Counted from the first letter of the stretch, positions 27,694-37,726 are shown. The stretch: DNA of 64,000 bases from PVC group bacterium (GCA_043804695.1 JAZDIV010000106.1:344-64343), one strand, 5' to 3'. The notes: generated from the letters alone by a model not told the origin. Numbers and translations are program-made.

Positions 27694-29030
27694 AAACAGG
27701 ATTGTTCAGGATAGGGAACCTGATCGAGGCGGGGCTGGCAGGGAGAAAATCGGCGGCGAAACTGAAAAAACTGCAGAGCGAGAAACTCCGGAAGCTTCTC
27801 AGCCACGCCTGCCGTTTCGTCCCTCTCTACCGCCGCCGATTCAATGAGCTGGGCCTGAGACCGGATGAGTTCCGGGACCCGGCCGATCTGGTCAAACTTC
27901 CCACCCTGTCCAAAGAGGAACTTCGGGATACTCCTCTGATTGAAACCATGGCGGAGAATGTGTCCCGGGCCGACTGCGTGGAGGTAACGACCAGCGGCTC
28001 AACCGGGCGGCCGCTTCGGATGTATTACACCCGGAAAGATTTTTCCCGACTCAACATGAACTGGCTCCGTCCTTTATTTGCCCACGGGGTTAAGCCCTGG
28101 TATAAGAAACTGGAGATTTCCGGGCCTCACAATCTTCCGCCCGGGAAGAAATGGTACCAACACCTGGGGCTGATGCGGAGCCGGGGGATTTCTATCTTCC
28201 GCCCGCCCGGGGAATGGGTGGATGCCTGGCGGTCGGGCCGGCCGGATTTTTTATACGGATATTCGGGAAGCCTGAAACTACTGGCCCGTTATGTGCTTGA
28301 AACCGGTGTCGACGATATCCGCCCCCGCTTTGTCTTCGGAGTATCGGACCTGGTGGATGAGGAGTGCCGGGAGCTGATCCCGGCCGCCTTCTCCCGGCCG
28401 ATGATTGATCTCTACGGCGCGGCCGAAACCGGGTGCATCGCCTGGGAATGCCCCGGATGCAGGGGTTACCACCTGAACATGGATACGGTGCTGGTGGAAT
28501 ATTTACGGGACGGCCGGCCCGCCCCTCCGGGGACCCCGGGAAGGCTGGTGGTGACCAACCTCCATTCTTTCGCCATGCCCATCATCCGGTACGAACTGGA
28601 GGATATCGGCACGGCAAGCGAACTGAATCCGGTTTGCGGGCGGGGGCTGCCTTTGATGAAAATTATCGAAGGAAGATCGGACGCGTTTATTGTCCTGCCT
28701 TCGGGGGAAGTGCTATCGCCGATGTTTTTTTTCGGGCTGATGAAGACAATCGCCGGAATAAGACACTGGAAAGTGATGCAAAGCGAGAGCGGCCGATTGG
28801 AGATAGCGATTGTTCCCGCCCGGGAGTTTTCTTCCGATACGGTGAAACAGATTAAACAAAGAGTGCAGGATAAGAGCGGAGAAAAAATGGAGATCCGGAT
28901 CAAAGTGGGACAATGTATCCCCCCCGATTCATCCGGGAAAGTGAGGGCGGTTGTCTCTCAGGTGAAAAAGAAGATGGGAAAGGATCGGCAAGGTGAAAGT
29001 ATTATTCCTCAATACTCATTCGACGCTTAA
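27690..29030 (+). CDS. adenylate-forming enzyme, phenylacetate-CoA ligase/CapK-like
   Basis: TTSGSTGRPLRMYYTRKDF (AMP-binding P-loop-like motif), YGAAETG, and size and order typical of PaaK/CapK/F390-synthetase relatives. ATGA overlap with the upstream radical SAM gene. Confidence 0.8.
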   Translation: MKTGLFRIGNLIEAGLAGRKSAAKLKKLQSEKLRKLLSHACRFVPLYRRRFNELGLRPDEFRDPADLVKLPTLSKEELRDTPLIETMAENVSRADCVEVTTSGSTGRPLRMYYTRKDFSRLNMNWLRPLFAHGVKPWYKKLEISGPHNLPPGKKWYQHLGLMRSRGISIFRPPGEWVDAWRSGRPDFLYGYSGSLKLLARYVLETGVDDIRPRFVFGVSDLVDEECRELIPAAFSRPMIDLYGAAETGCIAWECPGCRGYHLNMDTVLVEYLRDGRPAPPGTPGRLVVTNLHSFAMPIIRYELEDIGTASELNPVCGRGLPLMKIIEGRSDAFIVLPSGEVLSPMFFFGLMKTIAGIRHWKVMQSESGRLEIAIVPAREFSSDTVKQIKQRVQDKSGEKMEIRIKVGQCIPPDSSGKVRAVVSQVKKKMGKDRQGESIIPQYSFDA

Positions 29031-30246
29031 TTTGGGGGATACCGGGATTGTCCTGGCCCAGATTCAGCTTCTGAAAGAAATATTTCCAGAGATTAAAATT
29101 GCTCTTACTTCCCGGACACCGAAGAGAGATCGGGCATTTTATGCCCCGCTGGGGATAAAAGTATATCCTCCTTTTATCCCCGCCCCCGGCGTATTTGTCG
29201 GGGTTTGGGAAAAATGTTTAGGCTGCCTGAAAAATCTGGTGGATCTCCGGGGAAAGGCCCGGTTGCTCCGGGAGATAAAAAACAGTGATTTGATAATCAG
29301 CAATGGAGGCGGTTATTTTTACTCCTACCGGAAAATCATTCCCGGCCCCACTTTTATTCAGCACGCCTTTCACCTCAAACTTGCCTATTTGTGGAACAAG
29401 CCGGTGATAATGTTTCCCCAGTCCTTTGGACCCTTTTCCAATTCGATCGCATCCAGGTTGATGAAGGGAATTCTTGAGGATAGCAATGTGATAAAAATTT
29501 TTGTCCGGGAAGAGATTTCATTGCATTTGCTATCCGGCTTTCTGAAACAAACGGCGCGGAAAAAGATCGACCTTTGCCCGGATCTTACCCTTCTGCTTTG
29601 GAATAAAGGCCCCCGGGAAACAGACCGGATTATTTCTTCGCGCGCCCGGCCGCGGTTGGCTCTCACCTTGCGGGATTGGAACTTTCCCGGGGTAAAAGGA
29701 GAAAAACAAAAGGAGCAAAAGCGCGAGGAGTATTTGGCGGCTTTGTTAGAGACATCGGCATCTTTTCTTGATCAATTCGGAGGTACCGTTATTATTGTGC
29801 CCCAGGTAAAGGGCCCCGGGAACCTGGAAAATGACACACTGATTTCAAAAGAATTCTGGGAAAAAAGCAGGCAACTGGAAGGGAGGAAAAATATATTGCT
29901 CTTTCCCCCGGAGAGGTTAACCTCACCTTATGATATAATTGATCTTTTCTCCCGGTCGGATCTGGTGGTGGCCACCCGTTTTCACTCCGCTCTCTTTGCC
30001 TTGGTGGCTTCGACGCCCTTCATCTCAATCGGTTATCAACACAAGAGTTCGGGGATGCTGAGGGCGCTGGGCCTGGAGGATTTTCTGGTGGATATCGAGG
30101 CCGTTTCCTGTGAACAGATTATGTCGCTGATCAGGCCAATCCTTAACCGGCCGGATGACATTCGCTCGCAAATAAATAGCACAGTTAATTCCACCCGCCG
30201 CCGGATCACTGTCAAGTTGAGGGAAAGTTTGAAAAATTTTCAGTGA
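28993..30246 (+). CDS. polysaccharide pyruvyl transferase family protein (CsaB/WcaK-like)
   Basis: NLGDTGIVLAQIQLL at the N-terminus. ISNGGGYF. C-terminal VVATRFHSALFALVASTPFISIGYQHKSSGML. GTG start overlapping the CapK-like gene by 38 nt. Confidence 0.8.
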   Translation: MKVLFLNTHSTLNLGDTGIVLAQIQLLKEIFPEIKIALTSRTPKRDRAFYAPLGIKVYPPFIPAPGVFVGVWEKCLGCLKNLVDLRGKARLLREIKNSDLIISNGGGYFYSYRKIIPGPTFIQHAFHLKLAYLWNKPVIMFPQSFGPFSNSIASRLMKGILEDSNVIKIFVREEISLHLLSGFLKQTARKKIDLCPDLTLLLWNKGPRETDRIISSRARPRLALTLRDWNFPGVKGEKQKEQKREEYLAALLETSASFLDQFGGTVIIVPQVKGPGNLENDTLISKEFWEKSRQLEGRKNILLFPPERLTSPYDIIDLFSRSDLVVATRFHSALFALVASTPFISIGYQHKSSGMLRALGLEDFLVDIEAVSCEQIMSLIRPILNRPDDIRSQINSTVNSTRRRITVKLRESLKNFQ

Positions 30247-30256
30247 AGAAGCGCAA

Positions 30257-31492
30257 ATGAAAGTGTTATTGGCTAATAAATATTTTTATATCAAAGGCGG
30301 CAGCGAGAGGTTTTTTTTCAACGATGCGGAGCTGTTGAAAAGAAAAGGCCACCAGGTTATATATTTTTCAATGTTGCACGAGAAAAATCTGGATTGCCCC
30401 GAGAAGGCGGAATTTATTTCCCGGATCGATTATGAAAACCCTAAAGGAATAAAAGAGAAACTATCCCAGAGCTTGAAGTTGCTTTATTCATGCGAGGCGC
30501 GAAACAAAATCGATTCCTTGCTGAGGCGGGAGAAGCCCGATCTCGCTCACCTGCACAATATCCATCACCAGATCTCCCCCTCCATAATTCATTCCCTGAA
30601 GAAACACCAGGTGCCGGTGGTGATGACGCTTCACGACTATAAGATGGTTTGTCCGGCCTATATGATGGTCAGAAGAGGCCGGGTCTGCGAGGAGTGTGGC
30701 GGGGGGAGATATTATCGTTGTTTCTTCAACCGTTGCACCAAGGAGTCTTACGCCAAGAGTCTGTTGAATGTTTTCGAGATGTACCTGCACCACAGGCTAC
30801 TATCCGTGTATAACTCTGTCGACGTTTTCATAACTCCCAGCCAGTTTTTACTGAACAAGCTGGAAGAGATGGGGTTCAGGGGCTTTCTCGTGAAACTGAC
30901 ATATTCATTCGATTGCCGGGAATGCCGACAGGAGTATGGCTCAGACGGCAGGTCGATTTGTTATGTTGGGAGGCTTTCGGAGGAAAAGGGCATTTACACA
31001 TTGATCCAGGCGGTGAAAGGACTGGACGTTGATCTGAAAATAATCGGAGAGGGCCCGGAAGAAAGTGTTTTGCGGGCCTGGGCTCGAGAACAGGAAATGA
31101 CCAATGTTCGGTTTCTGGGCTATCTCTCGGACGCAGCTCTGAGGGATGAAGTAAGGAGCAGTTCCGTGGTGATAGTACCGTCGGAATGGTATGAAAATTG
31201 CCCGAATTCCGTCATGGAGGCGTTTGCTCTCGGCAAACCGGTCATTGGCGCGAGAATCGGCGGCATCCCGGAGATAGTTAAAGACGGCGAGACGGGTTTT
31301 ACCTTCATCCCGGGCGACGCCGCGGACCTGCGATCGAAAATTCGCTTATTGCTCGACCAACCAGGATTGATGGTCAAACTGGGGAAAAATGCCCGGAGGT
31401 ACGCTGAACAGGCACTTGATCCTGACAAACATTATTTTGAACTTATGAAAATATACAGGATGGCAAAGGAGATGTCCGGTCGGAAGTCCTAA
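30257..31492 (+). CDS. glycosyltransferase family 4 with Cys4 insertion
   Basis: GGSERFF at the N-terminus. EX7E region PSEWYENCPNSVMEAFALGKPVIGARIGGIPE. C132-x11-C144-x2-C147-x12-C160 (30650-30736). Paralogue of the 34459 gene. Confidence 0.85.
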   Translation: MKVLLANKYFYIKGGSERFFFNDAELLKRKGHQVIYFSMLHEKNLDCPEKAEFISRIDYENPKGIKEKLSQSLKLLYSCEARNKIDSLLRREKPDLAHLHNIHHQISPSIIHSLKKHQVPVVMTLHDYKMVCPAYMMVRRGRVCEECGGGRYYRCFFNRCTKESYAKSLLNVFEMYLHHRLLSVYNSVDVFITPSQFLLNKLEEMGFRGFLVKLTYSFDCRECRQEYGSDGRSICYVGRLSEEKGIYTLIQAVKGLDVDLKIIGEGPEESVLRAWAREQEMTNVRFLGYLSDAALRDEVRSSSVVIVPSEWYENCPNSVMEAFALGKPVIGARIGGIPEIVKDGETGFTFIPGDAADLRSKIRLLLDQPGLMVKLGKNARRYAEQALDPDKHYFELMKIYRMAKEMSGRKS

Positions 31493-31622
31493 AAAAATCG
31501 TAGCCGGCCGAGACTGTTTGTGGTGCGAAAGTGACGCCGCCTTCTGCAGGGGGGATACTTTCTCTTCAAGAAACTGAACCGGTCTGCGGGTCCTCCGGCT
31601 TGAAAGGGCCGCTGGTTGTGTT

Positions 31623-32972
31623 ATGAAGATAATCCTTATTGTTATCGACGCCTTACGGGCGGACAGTCTCTCTTGCTATGGCTATCCGCTGGAAACTTCG
31701 CCCGGTATCGACAGGATCGTTGGAGAGGGGGTGCTCTTCGAAAACGCATACACGCAGGCGAACTGGACCAACCCCTCGCTGTATTCGTTCTTGACCGGTC
31801 TTTACCCTTCAACCCACGGGGTCAGCGGTTTTAATCAGAACCTGGGAGAAAAAGTGACCACGCTCCCCGGCTTCCTGAGCGGGAACGGATACCGTACCTT
31901 CCTGTTTAGTAATTATTATGTCCTCCTCGACCGGAAGCGACTCGGGAAGCACTTCCAGGAAGCGCTGTATTTCGACATCGACAGCAACGAGAAAAAGCTA
32001 TGCCGGACGTTCACTGACAGTGAAGGGTCCGATCTTTTTGCAGTTGTCCACGTGGGGAATTATATTCATGAACCATATTGTGCGTCTTCCCGGGAGGTCA
32101 GCAGGTTTTGGAAAGGTGCTTTCCCGAAAAGAAAGATAATCCGTGTTCTGACCGAGGAAGCCGGTTTGGACGACGAGTCGATGCAAAACGTGCTCCGGAG
32201 CGTGAATCTCCGCAAGGAGCGATTGGATCGAAAGGAGATAACTTTCCTTAAAGCGTGTTATGACGCGGGGATCAGGCACGTGGACGCCTGGCTGACGGGT
32301 TTTTTTAATTTTCTCACCACCACCTGCAGGGATGACATTATCCTTGTAATAACCGCAGATCACGGACAGGGCTTCTTTGAACACGGCTTTTTCGGCCACG
32401 GCTTGAACCTCAACGAAGAGATAGCAAAGGTGCCGCTGATATTCTGGATGAGTCGGGAAAAGAGGGGACTCCGGATGAAAAGCACCGTTCAGCTGATAGA
32501 TGTTTTCCCCACCTTGATAGAGTTGCTGACCTGGCAGGATCCCCCGGCGATTGACGGGGTCTCCTTCGCCGGGTGCCTGCAGGGGGTTGAGGAAGCCTCG
32601 CGCTGGGCTGTCTGCGAAGGGTTCCCATTCGCGGCCTGCGTGCACGACTGCAAGAAACTGATTCTCTCTATCTACCGGCTGATAGAGGCGGCAGAGAGGA
32701 CCGACAGGTTGAAGAAACTTGTTTTGAAACGCCGGTTCCGCAAGCTTTTTCTTCACCTCTATTCAATCTTTCATGGAGGGCTTTACGATCTTACCAAGGA
32801 TCCGGGGGAAAAGAAGAACTTGAAGAGAAGCGATCCGGCAACCTTTACCCGGATGGAAGGATACCTGAGAGCCTGGTACAAGAAGGTTTCGGCCTGCACT
32901 CCGGAGGTCACCACGGAAAAGCTGGAGGAGGATAGAATAATAGAACAACTGAAGAGTCTCGGCTATCTTTAA
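31623..32972 (+). CDS. sulfatase-fold (alkaline-phosphatase superfamily) protein, no signal peptide
   Basis: IILIVIDALRADSLSCYGY...SPGIDRIVGEGVLFENAYT..NWTNPSLYSFLTGLYPSTHG...ITADHGQGFFEHG. The motif position reads TNPSL (31767-31781): Thr instead of Cys/Ser, and no Arg. Confidence 0.8.
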   Translation: MKIILIVIDALRADSLSCYGYPLETSPGIDRIVGEGVLFENAYTQANWTNPSLYSFLTGLYPSTHGVSGFNQNLGEKVTTLPGFLSGNGYRTFLFSNYYVLLDRKRLGKHFQEALYFDIDSNEKKLCRTFTDSEGSDLFAVVHVGNYIHEPYCASSREVSRFWKGAFPKRKIIRVLTEEAGLDDESMQNVLRSVNLRKERLDRKEITFLKACYDAGIRHVDAWLTGFFNFLTTTCRDDIILVITADHGQGFFEHGFFGHGLNLNEEIAKVPLIFWMSREKRGLRMKSTVQLIDVFPTLIELLTWQDPPAIDGVSFAGCLQGVEEASRWAVCEGFPFAACVHDCKKLILSIYRLIEAAERTDRLKKLVLKRRFRKLFLHLYSIFHGGLYDLTKDPGEKKNLKRSDPATFTRMEGYLRAWYKKVSACTPEVTTEKLEEDRIIEQLKSLGYL

Positions 32973-33092
32973 CCCGGATTATGCAGATGGCTGCATCCGA
33001 TTGCATAACCCGGGATCAAACCGAAAAATCATTCTCAGAATCATGAATAGTATGCTCCGACAAAGGCTAATCGATATTCCCAGCAAGGAATC

Positions 33093-34481
33093 ATGAATCT
33101 GGATCCCTTCAGTTTGATACTGGCAGGGCTCGCAATTCTCACCATCGGTCTGTATTTCCTGTCCCTTTTTCAATGCTTCCCCCGGCTGATCCTGTCTCTG
33201 TTCCTGCTCTTTATTTTATTTCAATGGATAATTGTTAACTGGGTGGGGGGAAAGACAACCACCGCCGGTTTGGTGATAACTTATCTTGATGAAGCGGTCA
33301 TCCTTTCGCTCTTTTCGTTGATCGCGCTGGATGTCCTTTCACGGAGTAAAACCGTCCGGCTTCCGCTGGTGATAATCGGCATCGGGGTGATGCTGGCCAG
33401 CGGGATCATCGGGAGTTTTGTCGGGCGGACGCCGTTTGTGATTGTTATCTCCGATATATTTATTTATCTGAAAGGATTCCTCCTGTTTATTATCTTCGCC
33501 TATTTTTGCTATCCGCCCGCCAATCTGAAAAACCAGGTCAGATTCTTTGCAGTCTGGGGGATAATAATTTTACTTCTGGGCATGGTTGAATTAGTCAACC
33601 CGGTCGGATTTCGATCCCTGACCGGCAACGTAATGAAACTGGATTGGCGGGTCGGCATACCCTCGGTCCAATCGCTATTCATCCACCCCGGGCTTTTTGG
33701 ATGGTTCTGCGGGTACAGCGCGCTGTTTGCCTTCGCGTTTTATCTCCATAAAAAAAATAGCGGATCACTGTTCTTATTCATATTTTTTGTTCTGGGGGTA
33801 TTGGTATCGATGCGGCTCAAGGTCATAGCCGCTTTAACGGCCGCTGTCATTTCCGGACTCTGGATCTATGCGTCCCGGACGAAGATAAAGATGGTCGGGC
33901 TGATCGGGATTGTCGCGGCCGTGATAGTGCTTCTCTTCCGGGGGCAGATTGCCGGGGTAATTCAAGAACAGATGGAGGAATATAAAAATCCTCTTAAACC
34001 GAGGACTGTGTTATACAGGACCAGTTTTTTATTAGCGGAGAATCACTTTCCGTTCGGGGTCGGCTTCGGCCGGTTCGGTGGAGAAGTGGCCGCCCGCTAT
34101 TACAGCCCGGTCTATGAACAGTATAAGTTCGGGGGGTTGTATGGGATGCGGCCGGGGGGGGAATTCCTGCGGGATACATTCTGGCCGATGGTATTGGGAG
34201 AACTCGGGGTTATCGGGTTGATCAGTTATGGTTGGGTTTTAGTGCTGTTATTCCGGCTCCTGCTCAAGTCATATAAAAAAGCCGATTCCATTTTCCTGAA
34301 GGCTTTCACGTTAGGTGTCTGTCTGGTATTTATCGAGGGGGTGGTCGAATCATTGGCCGAACCGGTATTTACCAAACCTCCCGCCTGCTACTTTCTATTC
34401 GCGGCGATGGGAATATCCTGTTCTCTCTATAACAGACGTATAAAACCGGGAATAACGAATGAGAGTACTGCTTGCTCATAA
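33093..34481 (+). CDS. O-antigen ligase/polymerase-like polytopic membrane protein (Wzy-type)
   Basis: About 11-12 TM helices with a larger loop (RTSFLLAENHFPFGVGFGRFGG), as in Wzy_C/O-antigen ligase family proteins. Located in the glycan locus. Confidence 0.65.
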   Translation: MNLDPFSLILAGLAILTIGLYFLSLFQCFPRLILSLFLLFILFQWIIVNWVGGKTTTAGLVITYLDEAVILSLFSLIALDVLSRSKTVRLPLVIIGIGVMLASGIIGSFVGRTPFVIVISDIFIYLKGFLLFIIFAYFCYPPANLKNQVRFFAVWGIIILLLGMVELVNPVGFRSLTGNVMKLDWRVGIPSVQSLFIHPGLFGWFCGYSALFAFAFYLHKKNSGSLFLFIFFVLGVLVSMRLKVIAALTAAVISGLWIYASRTKIKMVGLIGIVAAVIVLLFRGQIAGVIQEQMEEYKNPLKPRTVLYRTSFLLAENHFPFGVGFGRFGGEVAARYYSPVYEQYKFGGLYGMRPGGEFLRDTFWPMVLGELGVIGLISYGWVLVLLFRLLLKSYKKADSIFLKAFTLGVCLVFIEGVVESLAEPVFTKPPACYFLFAAMGISCSLYNRRIKPGITNESTACS

Positions 34482-35679
34482 GTTTTTTTACCGCCGCGGC
34501 GGAGCCGAGCTTTTCTTCCTGGAGACCGGCAACATCCTGGAACGACACGGGCATCAGGTCGCCTACTTCTCCACCCGGCATCCGGAGAATCTCCCCAGCC
34601 GGTTCTCATCGTACTTCGTGGAACCGCCTCGCTATCTTGATGGAAGCATCTTGAAGCGGGTATGCGGTATCGGGAGACTGATATATTCAATCGAGGCTAA
34701 ACGGCAGTTTGCCCGGTTATTGCGTGATTTCCAGCCTGACCTGGTCCACGCGTTTCATCTTTACGTGCATCTCACCCCGTCGCTTCTGGATGCCTGTGCC
34801 GCCGCCGGCGTTCCCGTGGTGATGTCATGCAACGACTACAAGCACATCTGCCCCAACTACAAGCTCTATCATCACGGGCGTATCTGCGAGGCTTGCCGGG
34901 GGGGGCGATTTTATCATGCCGTCTTGAACCGGTGCTGCAAGGATTCTCCGGCCTTCAGTTTCGCGAGTTCTCTGGAAGCCTATGTTCACAAATGGATGGG
35001 ATTATATTCCAGGAAAGTGCATACCTATCTTTTTGCCAGTGATTTCATGGCCCGGGAGACGGAAAAATTCTGGACCCCGGGATCGTTCCGATGGAAGATC
35101 CTCCACAACCCTCTGATCAGCCGCGAGCCGACCTCTTCCCGCCGGGAAGACGATTATATCCTCTATTTCGGCCGATTGGCCGAGGAGAAGGGGGTCGATG
35201 TCTTGATCAGGGCGATGCGGTACATACCTGAGGTGTCATTGAAAATTGTGGGTGAAGGTGATCAGGAGAAGATGTTAAAAGAACTGGCCCGGAGGCTGGG
35301 ATTGCGAAACATCGAATTTCTCCAGCCCGGGTGGGGAGAATATCTGGATGGAGTTTTAAAGCGGAGCCGTTTTGTGGTTCTGCCGGCGAAGTGGTACGAG
35401 AATATACCCTATACCATTCTTCAATCTTTTTTATCCGGCAAAGCGGTGATCGGCTCCAATCGCGGGGGCATCCCGGAACTGGTCAGGGATGGAGTTTTCG
35501 GGCTTTTAGTTCCGCCGGGGGAATCCCGAACTCTCGCCGGCAGGATCAAGGAGTTATGGGATGATCCCGCCCGCGCTGTCTCCATGGGGGCGGCGGCGAG
35601 ACAGTATGTACATGAGCAGTTTAACGAAGAGCGGTTTTATCGCACGCTGACGGGGATCTATCGTGATGTGCTGTCATGA
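34459..35679 (+). CDS. glycosyltransferase family 4 with Cys4 insertion
   Basis: Paralogue of the 30257 gene (MRVLLAHKFFYRRGGAELFF; PAKWYENIPYTILQSFLSGKAVIGSNRGGIPE). C131-x11-C143-x2-C146-x12-C159 (34849-34938). Confidence 0.85.
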   Translation: MRVLLAHKFFYRRGGAELFFLETGNILERHGHQVAYFSTRHPENLPSRFSSYFVEPPRYLDGSILKRVCGIGRLIYSIEAKRQFARLLRDFQPDLVHAFHLYVHLTPSLLDACAAAGVPVVMSCNDYKHICPNYKLYHHGRICEACRGGRFYHAVLNRCCKDSPAFSFASSLEAYVHKWMGLYSRKVHTYLFASDFMARETEKFWTPGSFRWKILHNPLISREPTSSRREDDYILYFGRLAEEKGVDVLIRAMRYIPEVSLKIVGEGDQEKMLKELARRLGLRNIEFLQPGWGEYLDGVLKRSRFVVLPAKWYENIPYTILQSFLSGKAVIGSNRGGIPELVRDGVFGLLVPPGESRTLAGRIKELWDDPARAVSMGAAARQYVHEQFNEERFYRTLTGIYRDVLS

Positions 35680-37726
35680 ATTTTTTCTCCGATGCAACTG
35701 GCGGTGTGTGACGTCCGCCTTCCTCCTGATGATTACCCCGGGGTTCGGGCTGCCGGCCCGGGCGGCGGAGGCCGTCTCCGCCTCTGATTCCGGGATCAAG
35801 AACGTGCTGGTCATTGTCCTGGACGCGCTGCGGGCGGACCATCTCGGCTGTTACGGCTACCGCCGAAACACGTCCCCCGCCATCGACCGCCTGGCCCGGC
35901 AGGGCATCGTCTTCGACCGGGCCATCGTGCAAGCCGGCTGGACGAAACCCTCCGTCACTTCCTATTTTACCTCGAGTTGTCCGGGGATTCACAAGGTGCT
36001 GCTGACCGAGGATATGTTCCCCGCGAATGCAACCACCATGGCGGACGTTTTCAGCCGGAACGGGTATTTCACGTATGGCTTTGTTAATAACTCCTATCTC
36101 GATCCGTCACTTGGTTTCGGGAAAGGTTTTCATGTTTACCGAAAAATGGAAGATAAGAAGATTTTAAGTAATCTATGGCTGGCCCTGACCGGCCGGGACG
36201 TGGAAGTATCGCTTTTTAACCATGATAAGCTCATTGAATTCAGTCGCTTTTTACAAACAAACGAGGATTGCAACAGGGTGATCAACGGCGGATGGGAGCG
36301 TTCCCGGGAAGGCTGGCCCGGGGAAACAGCTTGGCGTGAAAGCGGCGTTGCCCATTCCGGGCAGTACGCGATGCACGTTGATAAGCGGTCCTGGCCCGGG
36401 CCCAATTTCTACCATCTAAACCAGAAGACGACGCTGAAACACGGGGGGGATTACCTGTTCGGTGCTTTTGTAAAAACCAAAGACCTTCAAGAGGATGTCA
36501 GTATAGAGTTATATGAACCCGATGATCGGGGGGATCACTATGTATCGACGAATAAACTATCGGGGACAAACGATTGGACTCTGCTGTTAGGAAGTTATCG
36601 GCCCTGGTCGGGCAACGCGGATAACCAAACCGAGGTGCGGATCAGAGCGGGGAGGGTCACCGATTTTCAGGCAGGAGAGTTCTGGGTTGACGACGTTTTC
36701 ATTCTCCCGCTCGACGAGTTGCCCTCGTTTCGCCCGTCCGAGAAATTGTTCTTCTATGTTCATTTTCTGGCCCCCCACGCTCCTTATGACCCTCCGCCGG
36801 AATATCTGAATCTTTATCACGGAAAGGACGGCATATCGATGATCGATAAATACGACGGGGAGATCCGGGCAATGGACACCCAGCTGGGCATTCTCTTCGA
36901 GGGGCTGGAGTCTCTGGGCATTCTCGATCAAACTCTGGTCGTGATCACTTCCGATCACGGCGAGGCGTTCGGAGAGCACGGAGACTGGACCCACGGCGCC
37001 AAGCATTTCTATGAGGAGGTGGCCCGCGTTCCACTGATCTTTTACTGTCCGAAGTTGTTCCCGAACCCGTCGCGGCACGGCGAGCCGGTGGAATCTTCCG
37101 TTGATCTCCTCCCTTCTTTGATCGATCTCCTGGCGTTGAAAGTGCCAAAGGGGTCTGTCCTCCAGGAGCACTCGTATTTCGGTGAGAACAGATCCCGTCC
37201 GCGCTTCGCCTTCTTATATGAAACTCCTTACAAGGACGTTCCCTGGGATAACAATGCTTATGTGAAGACGGTCACCGACGGCGAGTGGAAATACATAACC
37301 AATGAATACCGCAATCAGGCGGGCGATACCGAACTCCGGGGGGTATACCGGGGAGATGAAGGGACCGAGGTGACGGTGGTTTCCCCCCGGGAGGTAGAGA
37401 CGGCGGTTTATCCCACCATTGAAGAGCTGCAAAATTCAGATTTTTTCAAATCATTGGCCGAGGATACGCGGACCAAAATTGCCAGCGTGTATCTGGCGGC
37501 CGATAAAAAGAAGGCGATGCTTTTTAATCTTAAAGAAGATCCGGGCGAAAAGAAAAATGTGATTGATCTTTATCCGGAGAAAGACCTTTATTTTCAGCGC
37601 CTCATCTTGGAGCGTTATGCCGCCGACCGGGAGTTTTCCGGGAAAACAAATGTGGTTTCAGGGGGGAAAGCTCAAATCACCGATTCGATGCGGGAACAGT
37701 TGCGTGCTCTGGGTTACATGAATTAA
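35663..37726 (+). CDS. secreted sulfatase-fold protein with an inserted CBM-like beta-sandwich module
   Basis: Signal-like N-terminus. VLVIVLDALRADHLGCYGY...GWTKPSVTSYFTS (TKPSV at 35942-35956). An insert of about 150 aa (36269-36730) is homologous to the C-terminus of the 37971 GT-C. The sulfatase fold then resumes (FYVHFLAPHAPY...ITSDHGEAFGEHG). Confidence 0.8.
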   Translation: MMCCHEFFLRCNWRCVTSAFLLMITPGFGLPARAAEAVSASDSGIKNVLVIVLDALRADHLGCYGYRRNTSPAIDRLARQGIVFDRAIVQAGWTKPSVTSYFTSSCPGIHKVLLTEDMFPANATTMADVFSRNGYFTYGFVNNSYLDPSLGFGKGFHVYRKMEDKKILSNLWLALTGRDVEVSLFNHDKLIEFSRFLQTNEDCNRVINGGWERSREGWPGETAWRESGVAHSGQYAMHVDKRSWPGPNFYHLNQKTTLKHGGDYLFGAFVKTKDLQEDVSIELYEPDDRGDHYVSTNKLSGTNDWTLLLGSYRPWSGNADNQTEVRIRAGRVTDFQAGEFWVDDVFILPLDELPSFRPSEKLFFYVHFLAPHAPYDPPPEYLNLYHGKDGISMIDKYDGEIRAMDTQLGILFEGLESLGILDQTLVVITSDHGEAFGEHGDWTHGAKHFYEEVARVPLIFYCPKLFPNPSRHGEPVESSVDLLPSLIDLLALKVPKGSVLQEHSYFGENRSRPRFAFLYETPYKDVPWDNNAYVKTVTDGEWKYITNEYRNQAGDTELRGVYRGDEGTEVTVVSPREVETAVYPTIEELQNSDFFKSLAEDTRTKIASVYLAADKKKAMLFNLKEDPGEKKNVIDLYPEKDLYFQRLILERYAADREFSGKTNVVSGGKAQITDSMREQLRALGYMN

